A program made the translations under genes and the position numbers. A stretch of DNA of 40,426 bases, from the NCBI GenBank assembly GCA_964428155.1, contig CAYRXA010000005.1, positions 1 through 40,426 on the forward strand. Direction: 5' to 3'. Below, piece after piece: positions 1 to 6,856 of this stretch (the stretch's first letter is position 1; the number at the start of each line of letters is the position of its first letter). The notes under the pieces were generated by a model, which was not told the DNA's origin, made no database searches, and worked only from the letters and a program-made list of their open reading frames with translations. Source of the DNA: an uncultured Candidatus Saccharibacteria bacterium. GTDB taxonomy: Bacteria > Patescibacteriota > Minisyncoccia > UBA6257.

Positions 1-1280
1 AAATAAGTAGGATTTGCTTTTGGATATTCTAAATTAGATAAATCTCCTGTAATTTCACGAGGTAAATCTATGCCTGTAATTTCTTCAAAACCTAATTGCC
101 TAAAATATTTTCTTAATTCTTCATTCCCAACTTGTTGAGCAACAAAAATTGCCCCAGTATTTATAGAAAATTCCAAAACATTACGCATTGTAGATTTTCC
201 ATATACTTCATTTCGATAATTTTCTACTCGATAACCACCAACTTCATAATACCCTTTATCAATATAAGTTGTATCAGGAGTAACCTTGCCTGTGTCTAAG
301 CCAGCTAACATTGTAAAAGGCTTAATGACTGACCCAGGTTCATATCTTTCTTCAACAGCATAATTCCTAAAAACAGAATAATTTGTTATTTCAGCAAAAT
401 TATTAAGATCAAATGTTGGCCAATTTGCTAATGCTAAAATTCTTCCTGTTTTTACTTCCATTACAATAATTGTTCCTTTAGAAGCTTTTCTGGTAATCAT
501 TAAGTCTTCTAAAGCATTTTGGGTTGCAAATTGAACATTTTTATCTAAAGTTGTTTCAATTGAAATACCTTCTACTTGTTTTTTTTCTTGAGAAAAAGTT
601 GAACGTACTAAACGGCCTAAAGCATCTTTAATCCCTTGAAAAACGCCTGATTGACCTTCTAAAATCTTATCATAATATGCTTCTAAACCATATCGCCCTT
701 TTATTGATCCATCATCTCCTTCAGCAACAAAACCAATGGCTTGAGCAGCAAAAGATTCAAAAGGATAATAACGATGATACTCTTCTCCAAAATAGACACC
801 TTGTAAATTCTGTTCTTCGATTTGATTAACAAAATCTTCGTCATCTATTTTCTTTAATATTAATTCATAAGGATCATCAAGCTTATTTACTTTTTCAAAA
901 ATTTCTTCATAAGATAAAAGAGTTATCTCAGAAAGGACTTCGCTTATTTCTTTAGGATCCTCTATCTCTTTAGGAACAACATAAAGAGTATAATATTTTT
1001 TATTCATTGCCAATGGAAAGTATTCATTATTTTTATCTTGGCAATAAATTAACCCCCTTTGAGGGGTTAGAATCGTAGTTGCTCCATGAATATCCTCAGC
1101 TTGGTCTGAAAATTGAGAATAATCTCTTATTTGCAAAGCATAAAGACGACTAGCTAAAATAAAAAAAACAGCAATAAAACAAAAATAAATAAAAAAAACT
1201 CTTCTTTCAAAAGAATAATTACCTTGGTTATTATTTTGAAAAAAACTCCTGTTTTTAAAATATCCTTTTTTTCTTCCCAT
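1..1280 (-). CDS. ftsI: Class B penicillin-binding protein / peptidoglycan D,D-transpeptidase FtsI; N-terminal ~426 codons, 3' end runs off the window
   Basis: Absent from the ORF track because no stop lies inside the window. My translation from the ATG at 1280-1278 gives MGRKKGYFKNRSFFQNNNQGNYSFERRVFFIYFCFIAVFFILASRLYALQIRD (N-terminal TM anchor). It later reads ...RYEPGSVIKPFTMLAGLD, which contains the SxxK active-site motif (around 330). The gene follows mraZ-rsmH-ftsL, as in dcw clusters. Confidence 0.85.
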   Translation of the reverse strand, partial: MGRKKGYFKNRSFFQNNNQGNYSFERRVFFIYFCFIAVFFILASRLYALQIRDYSQFSDQAEDIHGATTILTPQRGLIYCQDKNNEYFPLAMNKKYYTLYVVPKEIEDPKEISEVLSEITLLSYEEIFEKVNKLDDPYELILKKIDDEDFVNQIEEQNLQGVYFGEEYHRYYPFESFAAQAIGFVAEGDDGSIKGRYGLEAYYDKILEGQSGVFQGIKDALGRLVRSTFSQEKKQVEGISIETTLDKNVQFATQNALEDLMITRKASKGTIIVMEVKTGRILALANWPTFDLNNFAEITNYSVFRNYAVEERYEPGSVIKPFTMLAGLDTGKVTPDTTYIDKGYYEVGGYRVENYRNEVYGKSTMRNVLEFSINTGAIFVAQQVGNEELRKYFRQLGFEEITGIDLPREITGDLSNLEYPKANPTY

Positions 1281-1293
1281 TATAAAATTGGCC

Positions 1294-1704
1294 CTATCTT
1301 TGAACTAAATTCTTATTATTTAAATCCAAATAAGAAAAAGTTTCTACTGGTACAAAATTATTTTCTTCTGCCCAATCTTGAACTTTTCCTGTTGAAGTAA
1401 TAACTGCTGCTTTTTCATGTAAAGAATTAATTTGATCTTCTATTCGGGTTAATTCATGTTTAAGATTATAAATCTTGTAATCAGCAGAAATATTTTGTCC
1501 AAATATTAAAAGCCAAAAACCGCCAACCATAATAATAGGAGCTAAAAAGAAAAAAGTTAATTTAATATGACCTAAATATTCACCAGCCCCACTAACAAAA
1601 GATCTCCATTTCCTTTTATTATTTCTTGAAGATAATCTTCTTCGAGAATTTAAAATAATGGACTGATTCTTACGATTATTGTTGTGACTATAAATAATGG
1701 TCAT
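1294..1704 (-). CDS. ftsL: FtsL-like cell-division protein (bitopic, coiled coil)
   Basis: 136 aa with a basic N-terminus, one TM (LTFFFLAPIIMVGGFWLLIFG) and then a heptad-like segment (LKHELTRIEDQINSLHEKAA). It sits between rsmH and ftsI. The call rests on position and architecture, not on sequence identity. Confidence 0.55.
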   Translation of the reverse strand: MTIIYSHNNNRKNQSIILNSRRRLSSRNNKRKWRSFVSGAGEYLGHIKLTFFFLAPIIMVGGFWLLIFGQNISADYKIYNLKHELTRIEDQINSLHEKAAVITSTGKVQDWAEENNFVPVETFSYLDLNNKNLVQR

Positions 1705-1726
1705 TGGACTAATTGTATTTTAATAA

Positions 1727-2626
1727 TTAATTAATTTGAGCAGCTCTTAACTTCGCTGAACGCGAACGAGGATTTTTTTTAATTTCTTCTATTGAAGGAG
1801 AAATTGGCTTTTTAGTAAGAATTTGTAATTTATTATTTTTCTCCTGTTCTTTAAAAAAATTCTTAACAATTCTATCTTCTAAAGAGTGAAAAGAAATGAC
1901 AACAATTTTTGACTTAGGTCCTAATATTTCTATTGCCTCTTTTAATCCTTGCTTAATATTTTCTAATTCTTGATTAACAGCAATTCGTAAAGCTTGAAAA
2001 ACACGAGTCGCAAAATGAATTCTTTTATTATCATAGTTTTTTGGAAGAGTTCTTTTTAAAATATCTATTAATTGCTGAGTACCAATAATTCTTTCTTTTT
2101 TTCTTGTCTCTTTTAGAGCTAAAGCAATGCGATAAGAATATCTTTCTTCTCCATACTCTCTTAAAATTTGTTCTATCTTTTCCATTTCCCAAAAATTTAT
2201 AATCTCTGCTGCTGTTAAATCTTGATTGGGATTGAAGCGCATATCTAAAGGCTCGTCTTTTTGATAAGAAAAACCCTTCCCTGATGATTCTATCTGCCAA
2301 GAACAAATACCTAAATCAAAGACAATTCCATGAACCGGATGAAAATCATTCTTTCTAACAATCTCTCTTAAATTAGCATAAGAATTATTGACCACTATCA
2401 ATCTTTTTTTTATATTCAATTCAGGATTTTTATCTTGAACTCTTTGTAGTTTTTGAAAAAGTTCAGGATTTATTTCAATGCCCAGAACTTTACCATTTGG
2501 TTTATTCTTTTCTAGAATAGCCATTGTATGCCCTGCTTCTCCAATCGTTGCATCAATAAAATTTTCATTCGGTTGTGGATCTAAATAATGAATTACTTCT
2601 TTTAAAAGAACTGGAACGTGAGACAT
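1727..2626 (-). CDS. rsmH: 16S rRNA (cytosine1402-N4)-methyltransferase RsmH
   Basis: Starts MSHVPVLLKEV..., followed by ...DATIGEAGHT, GIVFDLGICSWQ and VISFHSLEDRIVK. These are typical RsmH/MraW signatures. It lies directly downstream of mraZ. Confidence 0.93.
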   Translation of the reverse strand: MSHVPVLLKEVIHYLDPQPNENFIDATIGEAGHTMAILEKNKPNGKVLGIEINPELFQKLQRVQDKNPELNIKKRLIVVNNSYANLREIVRKNDFHPVHGIVFDLGICSWQIESSGKGFSYQKDEPLDMRFNPNQDLTAAEIINFWEMEKIEQILREYGEERYSYRIALALKETRKKERIIGTQQLIDILKRTLPKNYDNKRIHFATRVFQALRIAVNQELENIKQGLKEAIEILGPKSKIVVISFHSLEDRIVKNFFKEQEKNNKLQILTKKPISPSIEEIKKNPRSRSAKLRAAQIN

Positions 2627-2636
2627 GTAATTTTTA

Positions 2637-3068
2637 TTAAATTCCTAAGTCTCCTAACTTTTCTGCTATATTTCCTGATTCCTTCTCAGTTCTCTGTTTA
2701 TACTTCATCCATTCTTTTTCATCCCAAACTTCTAAACGATTATAAATACCTGCTAAGACTATTTTTTTTCCTAAACCAGCGTACTTTCTTAAGTAGTCAG
2801 GAATTAAAATTCTTCCTTGATTATCTAATTTTACATCCATTGCTCCTGCAAGCATTAGCCGAGAAAAAGCTCGAGAATTAGCTTGACTCAACGGTAAGCT
2901 TTTTATTTTCTCTGCCATTTGCTGCCAATCTTTAGAAGAAAAAATAAAAAGACAATTGTCTAATCCTCTAGTCAAAACTGCTCCTTGCAAAAGTTCTTTA
3001 CGTAACTTAGAAGGAATAGCTACTCTTCCTTTTGGGTCTATGGTATAACAATACTCACCAATAAACAT
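2637..3068 (-). CDS. mraZ: Transcriptional regulator MraZ
   Basis: Starts MFIGEY..TIDPKGRVAIPSKLR, with a second repeat ..LDNQGRILIPDYLRKYAGL (duplicated SpoVT/AbrB-like halves). It is the first gene of the dcw cluster. Confidence 0.93.
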   Translation of the reverse strand: MFIGEYCYTIDPKGRVAIPSKLRKELLQGAVLTRGLDNCLFIFSSKDWQQMAEKIKSLPLSQANSRAFSRLMLAGAMDVKLDNQGRILIPDYLRKYAGLGKKIVLAGIYNRLEVWDEKEWMKYKQRTEKESGNIAEKLGDLGI

Positions 3069-3113
3069 CTTGACTTTTATTATTTTTAATAAATGGAATA
3101 TGTTCTAAAGTTA

Positions 3114-3190
3114 TTATCCCCAAAAAATATGTTTTTCCCCACAGTTATCCACATCAATCCACTTTATCCCATTTTACCCCCTACAACCCC
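3114..3190 (-). promoter_or_regulatory. Array of seven TGGGR/GTGGA boxes, six at exact 10-bp phasing; candidate MraZ operator
   Basis: Minus strand read in 10-nt blocks from 3200: TTGACTTAAT GGGGTTGTAG GGGGTAAAAT GGGATAAAGT GGATTGATGT GGATAACTGT GGGGAAAAAC ATATTTTTTG GGGATAATAA. The G-runs start at 3190, 3180, 3170, 3160, 3150 and 3140, then at 3121. A perfect TTATCCACA lies on the plus strand at 3145-3153. Confidence 0.5.
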
Positions 3191-3200
3191 ATTAAGTCAA
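3171..3200 (-). promoter_or_regulatory. Candidate sigma70-type promoter of the mraZ operon
   Basis: Minus strand: TTGACT (3200-3195), an 18-nt spacer, then TAAAAT (3176-3171). This sits about 100 nt upstream of the mraZ ATG and overlaps the phased box array. Confidence 0.5.
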
Positions 3201-3277
3201 GAAGCAAAAATAAAAATACTTCCTAAATTAAATAGAAAGTATTTTGGCTCTAATAAAGGATTAATCCTCTTTTTAGC

Positions 3278-3314
3278 TTTTCCCCACTAAAATAATATCC
3301 CCATTTTATCCACA
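3278..3314 (-). promoter_or_regulatory. Second, unphased cluster of three related boxes (AGTGGGGAA, ATGGGGATA, TGTGGATAA)
   Basis: Plus strand: TTTTCCCCA at 3278-3286, ATATCCCCA at 3295-3303 and a perfect TTATCCACA at 3306-3314. All share the orientation of the downstream array. Confidence 0.35.
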
Positions 3315-3322
3315 ATTAATGT

Positions 3323-3354
3323 AAAAGGCAATTTTATAATCAAAACTGCCTTTT
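3323..3354 (-). terminator. Hairpin downstream of the YbjQ-like gene (weak intrinsic terminator)
   Basis: AAAAGGCA (3323-3330) pairs with TGCCTTTT (3347-3354) around a 16-nt loop. The U-tract is only the one contained in the stem. Confidence 0.4.
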
Positions 3355-3379
3355 ATTATAGCCTTTATTCTTCTAAAAA

Positions 3380-3697
3380 TTATTCATCTAATTTTATTGC
3401 TGTACCATAAACAAGTAATTCTGCTGCTCCTGCCATAATTTGAGATGTAGTAAAACGAACACCAACAATAGCATCTGCCCCTAACTCTTCAGCGTTTTTA
3501 ATCATTCTTTGTATCGCTTCTTCACGAGCTTCGTTAAGCGCTTCTGTATATTCTTTAATCTCACCGCCAACAAGATTTCTTAAACCAGCAATAATATCCT
3601 TTCCTATATGTTTAGCTCTAATAGTATTACCTTTTACTAAACCTAAAGCTTGTTTTGTTGTTTTTCCAAAAACTTGTTCAGAAGTAGTAATAATCAT
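3380..3697 (-). CDS. YbjQ/UPF0145 family protein
   Basis: Contains ...GLVKGNTIRAKHIGKDIIAGLRNLVGGEIKEYTEALNEAREEAIQRM...GADAIVGVRF...GTA, typical of the YbjQ_1 family. I prefer the ATG at 3697 (MIITTSEQ) over the track start at 3742, which would overlap the upstream gene ending at 3708. Confidence 0.75.
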   Translation of the reverse strand: MIITTSEQVFGKTTKQALGLVKGNTIRAKHIGKDIIAGLRNLVGGEIKEYTEALNEAREEAIQRMIKNAEELGADAIVGVRFTTSQIMAGAAELLVYGTAIKLDE

Positions 3698-3707
3698 AAT
3701 TGTTAAT

Positions 3708-3911
3708 TTATTTATTATTTTTAATATCTTTGAATCTTTCAATTGTTAAAGAGATAATTATAATTGTTGTTCCTAATATTAAACCCATTATCCCCCATCT
3801 TATAATCAAAGGAACTGAAGAATCACCAAAAAACTTATACAGCCCAAATCCTAAAATCATTAAAAGGCCTAAGCAGAAAAGAAACAATCCTAAATTTTTT
3901 AATATTTTCAT
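3708..3911 (-). CDS. Small two-TM membrane protein, unknown function
   Basis: 67 aa with two hydrophobic helices. It is tightly followed by the YbjQ-like gene. Confidence 0.4.
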   Translation of the reverse strand: MKILKNLGLFLFCLGLLMILGFGLYKFFGDSSVPLIIRWGIMGLILGTTIIIISLTIERFKDIKNNK

Positions 3912-3935
3912 TTTTTAAAATATCAACTTTATATT

Positions 3936-3944
3936 ATTATACCA
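3936..3944 (-). promoter_or_regulatory. Extended -10 element TGGTATAAT
   Basis: Minus strand TGGTATAAT, 25 nt upstream of the ATG at 3911 and just downstream of the rbp terminator. Confidence 0.45.
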
Positions 3945-3963
3945 TTTTTTAAAAATCAACCAA

Positions 3964-3993
3964 TAAAAAAAGAGCTCACTTAAGAGCTCTTTC
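3964..3993 (-). terminator. Rho-independent terminator after the RRM protein gene
   Basis: Minus strand AAAGAGCTC TTAAGT GAGCTCTTT followed by a T-run (7-9 bp stem), starting 15 nt after the stop at 4008. Confidence 0.8.
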
Positions 3994-4007
3994 TGTAAGA
4001 AAAACTT

Positions 4008-4268
4008 TTAAAAGCTTTTCTTCATTGGTCTGGCTTCGTCTACTATGAGAGTTCTTCCATCTAATTCTTTACCATTTAACATCTCAACGGCTTTTTTAGC
4101 TTCTTCTTCAGAAGCCATTTCTACAAAACCAAATCCTTTAGATCTGCCTGACATTTTATCCATAATGACACTGGCAGAAGTAACGGCTCCAGCTTGTGAG
4201 AAAAATTCCTTGAGACCGTCATCATTGGTGTCATAAGAAAGACTGCCTACATAAAGTTTATTACTCAT
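4008..4268 (-). CDS. RRM-type (RNP-1/RNP-2) RNA-binding protein
   Basis: LYVGSLSY (RNP-2) and KGFGFVEM (RNP-1) in an 86-aa single-RRM protein. Confidence 0.9.
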   Translation of the reverse strand: MSNKLYVGSLSYDTNDDGLKEFFSQAGAVTSASVIMDKMSGRSKGFGFVEMASEEEAKKAVEMLNGKELDGRTLIVDEARPMKKSF

Positions 4269-4382
4269 CTTTTGTACTTAACTTAATTTACGACCTACTC
4301 TCTTACCTAACTGCTAGACAGCATCTTTCTTACCGTGTTTGCAAAATTAAGAGAGTTGAGCTATTCCTTTAGGGAATACTAC
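4269..4382 (-). promoter_or_regulatory. Long structured 5' leader of the RRM protein gene
   Basis: The predicted leader is about 114 nt. A nested helix TAAGAG..TATTCC CTAAA GGAATA..CTCTTA lies at its 5' end. There are three copies of GTAAGA(G/A) and no obvious SD before the ATG. Confidence 0.4.
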
Positions 4383-4388
4383 TCTTAC

Positions 4389-4417
4389 ATCCTACCGGGT
4401 ATATCTCTCTTTGTCAA
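4389..4417 (-). promoter_or_regulatory. Candidate sigma70 promoter for the RRM protein gene
   Basis: Minus strand: TTGACA (4417-4412), a 17-nt spacer, then TAGGAT (4394-4389). Confidence 0.55.
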
Positions 4418-4426
4418 ATGGTATTC

Positions 4427-5179
4427 TTAAAACTCTATTCCTGTCGGACAATGATCAGAACCCATTGTTTTATCAAGTATAAAAGCATTTTTAATATTTT
4501 GAGAAAAAGCTTGGGAGACAAAGATATAATCTATTCTCCATCCTAAATTTCTTTTTCTAGCATTTGCAAAATAAGGCCACCATGTATAATTTTCTCCTTT
4601 CTTATTAAACGTTCTAAAGCTATCTTTAAAGTTCAATTTAATAATTTTTTCTATTTGGTTTCTTTCTTTTTGAGTAAACATTATATTGTTTTTATTTTCT
4701 TCTGGTCTAGCTAAATCAATTTCCCGATGAGCAATATTAAAATCACCAGTCAAAACAACCTTTTTATCTTTTATTTTTTGAAAATATTTCAAAAGATGTT
4801 TATAAACTTCTAATTTATAATCAAGATTTTCTTTACTTCTTCCACCATGAGGCAAATAAAGATTAATTAAAATGAAATCAGTATATTCTAATTTTAAAAG
4901 CCTACCTTCTTGATCAAATTTTTTCATCCCTAATTTAGATTCAACTTTTAATGGTTTTTCTTTTGTATAGACAGCTACCCCAGCATATCCCTTTTTTTCA
5001 GCTTCATTAAAATAAAGATGATAATTTTTTATTTTAAGCAAATCTAATGGTAATTCTTTTTGAAGAACTCTTGTTTCTTGTAAACAAACAATATCAGCCT
5101 TTACTGTATTAAACCATTTTAAAAATCCTTTTTTGTAAATCGATCTTAATCCATTTACATTCCAAGAAACAATCTTCAT
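4427..5179 (-). CDS. xth: Exodeoxyribonuclease III / AP endonuclease
   Basis: Starts MKIVSWNVNGLRS, followed by ...CLQETR..., GDFNIAH and ...SDHCP at the C-terminus. This is the EEP/ExoIII family. Confidence 0.92.
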   Translation of the reverse strand: MKIVSWNVNGLRSIYKKGFLKWFNTVKADIVCLQETRVLQKELPLDLLKIKNYHLYFNEAEKKGYAGVAVYTKEKPLKVESKLGMKKFDQEGRLLKLEYTDFILINLYLPHGGRSKENLDYKLEVYKHLLKYFQKIKDKKVVLTGDFNIAHREIDLARPEENKNNIMFTQKERNQIEKIIKLNFKDSFRTFNKKGENYTWWPYFANARKRNLGWRIDYIFVSQAFSQNIKNAFILDKTMGSDHCPTGIEF

Positions 5180-5194
5180 ATTTTAAAATAATTA

Positions 5195-5216
5195 CAAAAA
5201 ACCGCCAAAAGGCGGC
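5195..5216 (-). terminator. Rho-independent terminator after the MscS gene
   Basis: Minus strand CCGCC TTTT GGCGG followed by TTTTTTG. Confidence 0.75.
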
Positions 5217-5228
5217 TTTAAGTTAATG

Positions 5229-6080
5229 TTATTTTTTAACTTGATGAACAACTCTTTGAGGAAAAGGAATTTCTATTTTTTCTTTATCAAAAGCCATTTT
5301 AAGACGTTTTCGAAGTTCCCCAGTAACAGCCCATTGTTTCAATGACTTAGTTTCTCCTATAATCTTTACAATAATTGCTGATTCAGCAAAATCATTAACT
5401 CTTAAAAATTGAGGTGTTTTTAAAATATCATCTCTCCATTCTGGGTCTTTAGCCAAAGCTTCACCAACTTTATTAATTACTTTAATTACTTTTTCCAAAT
5501 TAGAATTATAAGAAACACCAATATCTAAATTAATACGAGCAAAATATTTTGATAAATTTGACACTTTTTTAATTTCTCCATGCGGCACATGATGGACCAC
5601 TCCATCAAGATCCCGTAAAGTAGTCATCCTCATGCTAATATCTTCAACAGAACCGCAGGTACCATCAAAGCAAACCACATCCCCAATACGATACTGGTTT
5701 TCCATAATAATAAAAGTTCCAGTAATTAAATCTCGAATAAGATATTGTCCACCAAAACCAAAAGCAATACCAGCAATCCCTGCAGCAGCAAGAAGAGGTC
5801 CAACAGCAATTCCTATTTCTTGAAGAATCATTGAAACAGTTAAAATCCAAATTAGAACATCTAAAAAAGATGAAAAAATACGAATTAATGTATCCTCTCT
5901 CTTTTTTTCACTCTCTTTCTCTGTTATTGAATCAGAATAAACAACTCTCCTTATAATTTTTTCAATGAATATTTTTCCAAATCTTTTTAGCAATAAAGCA
6001 AAAACGATAATTGCTAAAATTTTAGGACCATGATTTGTTATCCAAGGAATAATAATATTATTAATAACTTCTAAAAGCAT
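5229..6080 (-). CDS. Small-conductance mechanosensitive channel (MscS family)
   Basis: Three N-terminal TMs, then ...IMENQYRIGDVV...G.VEDISMRMTTLRDLDGVVHHVPHGEI..V.N.S, the hallmark MscS beta domain. Confidence 0.88.
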   Translation of the reverse strand: MLLEVINNIIIPWITNHGPKILAIIVFALLLKRFGKIFIEKIIRRVVYSDSITEKESEKKREDTLIRIFSSFLDVLIWILTVSMILQEIGIAVGPLLAAAGIAGIAFGFGGQYLIRDLITGTFIIMENQYRIGDVVCFDGTCGSVEDISMRMTTLRDLDGVVHHVPHGEIKKVSNLSKYFARINLDIGVSYNSNLEKVIKVINKVGEALAKDPEWRDDILKTPQFLRVNDFAESAIIVKIIGETKSLKQWAVTGELRKRLKMAFDKEKIEIPFPQRVVHQVKK

Positions 6081-6108
6081 AATTTTTATTTAACTTATTT
6101 TATCTTTA

Positions 6109-6585
6109 TTAATTTAAAAGCCAAATAGAATAGTTTAAATAAGCAGCAAAACTAACCCAAATAAGATATGGCATTAATAAACAGGCTGCCAAACGAGATA
6201 TTTTATAAAAAGAAAATATTGTCCAAACAATCGCCAGCCATAAAACAATAATTTCTACAAAAGCTAAGAACGGATTCTGGAATCCAAAAAATATAATAGA
6301 CCATATTACATTTAATATAAGCTGAGTACTAAATATAGTAAGGGCAACCCTTGTCCTCCTCTGTCTTAATCCATGCCGCCAAATTAAAAAAGCGGATACT
6401 CCCATTAAAGCATAAAGAGTTGTCCAAACAGGAGCAAATATCCAATTAGGAGGATTTAATACTGGCTTTACAAGGGTTGGATACCAATTAGAAATTGATG
6501 AGGTTGTAAAAAAAGAACCAACTATTCCAGCTAATTCTACAATCAAAACAGCGACTATTAATTTAAAAATATCTTTTAATTTCAT
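6109..6585 (-). CDS. tspO: TspO/MBR tryptophan-rich sensory protein
   Basis: 158 aa and 5 TMs, with WY..L.KP...PP.W.F.PVWT.LY.LMG. and a W-rich sequence throughout. Confidence 0.85.
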   Translation of the reverse strand: MKLKDIFKLIVAVLIVELAGIVGSFFTTSSISNWYPTLVKPVLNPPNWIFAPVWTTLYALMGVSAFLIWRHGLRQRRTRVALTIFSTQLILNVIWSIIFFGFQNPFLAFVEIIVLWLAIVWTIFSFYKISRLAACLLMPYLIWVSFAAYLNYSIWLLN

Positions 6586-6591
6586 TGATGT

Positions 6592-6620
6592 ATTTTAACA
6601 AGAAAACTATTTAATCACAA
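6592..6620 (-). promoter_or_regulatory. Promoter of tspO; geometry implies a leaderless mRNA
   Basis: Minus strand: TTGTGA (6620-6615), a 17-nt spacer ending in TGT, then TAAAAT (6597-6592). Only 6 nt (ACATCA) separate the -10 from the ATG at 6585, and there is no SD. Confidence 0.5.
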
Positions 6621-6640
6621 GTTAAAATTTATTAAATTAT

Positions 6641-6670
6641 AAATAAAAAGCGGGGGTTTATTTCCCCGCT
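6641..6670 (-). terminator. Rho-independent terminator after tRNA-Thr
   Basis: Minus strand AGCGGGG AAATAAAC CCCCGCT followed by TTTTATTT, 6 nt after the tRNA CCA end. Confidence 0.8.
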
Positions 6671-6676
6671 ATCTTT

Positions 6677-6833
6677 TGGAGTCCCCGGCTGGACTCGAAC
6701 CAGCGATCTCATTTTTTCAATTACCATTATTGAAATTAAAGATGGAACAATTTAGTTTAATAAGCAATCTATTCAAACCTCTTATAAAGAGCCGTTTACC
6801 AGACGGGCGCTCTACCAACTGAGCTACGGGGAC
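6677..6833 (-). tRNA. tRNA-Thr(GGU) interrupted by an 81-nt insertion; CCA encoded
   Basis: 5' part, 6833-6792: GTCCCCG TA GCTC AGTTGGTA GAGC G CCCGT CTGGTAA ACGG. 3' part, 6710-6677: G AGATC GCTGG TTCGAGT CCAGC CGGGGAC T CCA. Joined, they give a perfect 76-nt cloverleaf: 7-bp acceptor, 5-bp anticodon stem and a GGT anticodon. Confidence 0.85.
6711..6791 (-). other. 81-nt AT-rich insertion (intron-like) between tRNA positions 42 and 43
   Basis: Minus strand: CTCTTTATAAGAGGTTTGAATAGATTGCTTATTAAACTAAATTGTTCCATCTTTAATTTCAATAATGGTAATTGAAAAAAT. It contains two hairpins: CTCTT TAT AAGAG at the 5' end, and TTTCAAT AATGGTA ATTGAAA near the 3' end. Confidence 0.7.
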
Positions 6834-6856
6834 AAATCAACATTATCTTTTTATTA

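Noticed and set aside
2031-2306. Alternative-frame minus-strand ORFs inside rsmH (2031-2306) and inside the MscS gene (5665-5850).
   Set aside because: They are fully nested in genes with clear family signatures. Their products are basic/low-complexity or Cys/Trp-rich nonsense.
3114-3314. Replication origin (oriC) suggested by two perfect TTATCCACA DnaA boxes plus several near-boxes.
   Set aside because: Gene orientation does not switch on either side, and no dnaA, dnaN or AT-rich unwinding repeat block is adjacent. The boxes sit at strict 10-bp phase over the mraZ promoter, which fits an MraZ-type operator (or DnaA acting as a regulator) better. I have kept it as an alternative in the finding.
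6711-6791. Group I or group II self-splicing intron, or a MITE/IS, as the identity of the tRNA-Thr insertion.
   Set aside because: At 81 nt it is far below the size of group I (about 200 nt or more) or group II ribozymes. It is not in the anticodon loop. It has no terminal inverted repeats or target-site duplication, and there is no second copy elsewhere in the window.
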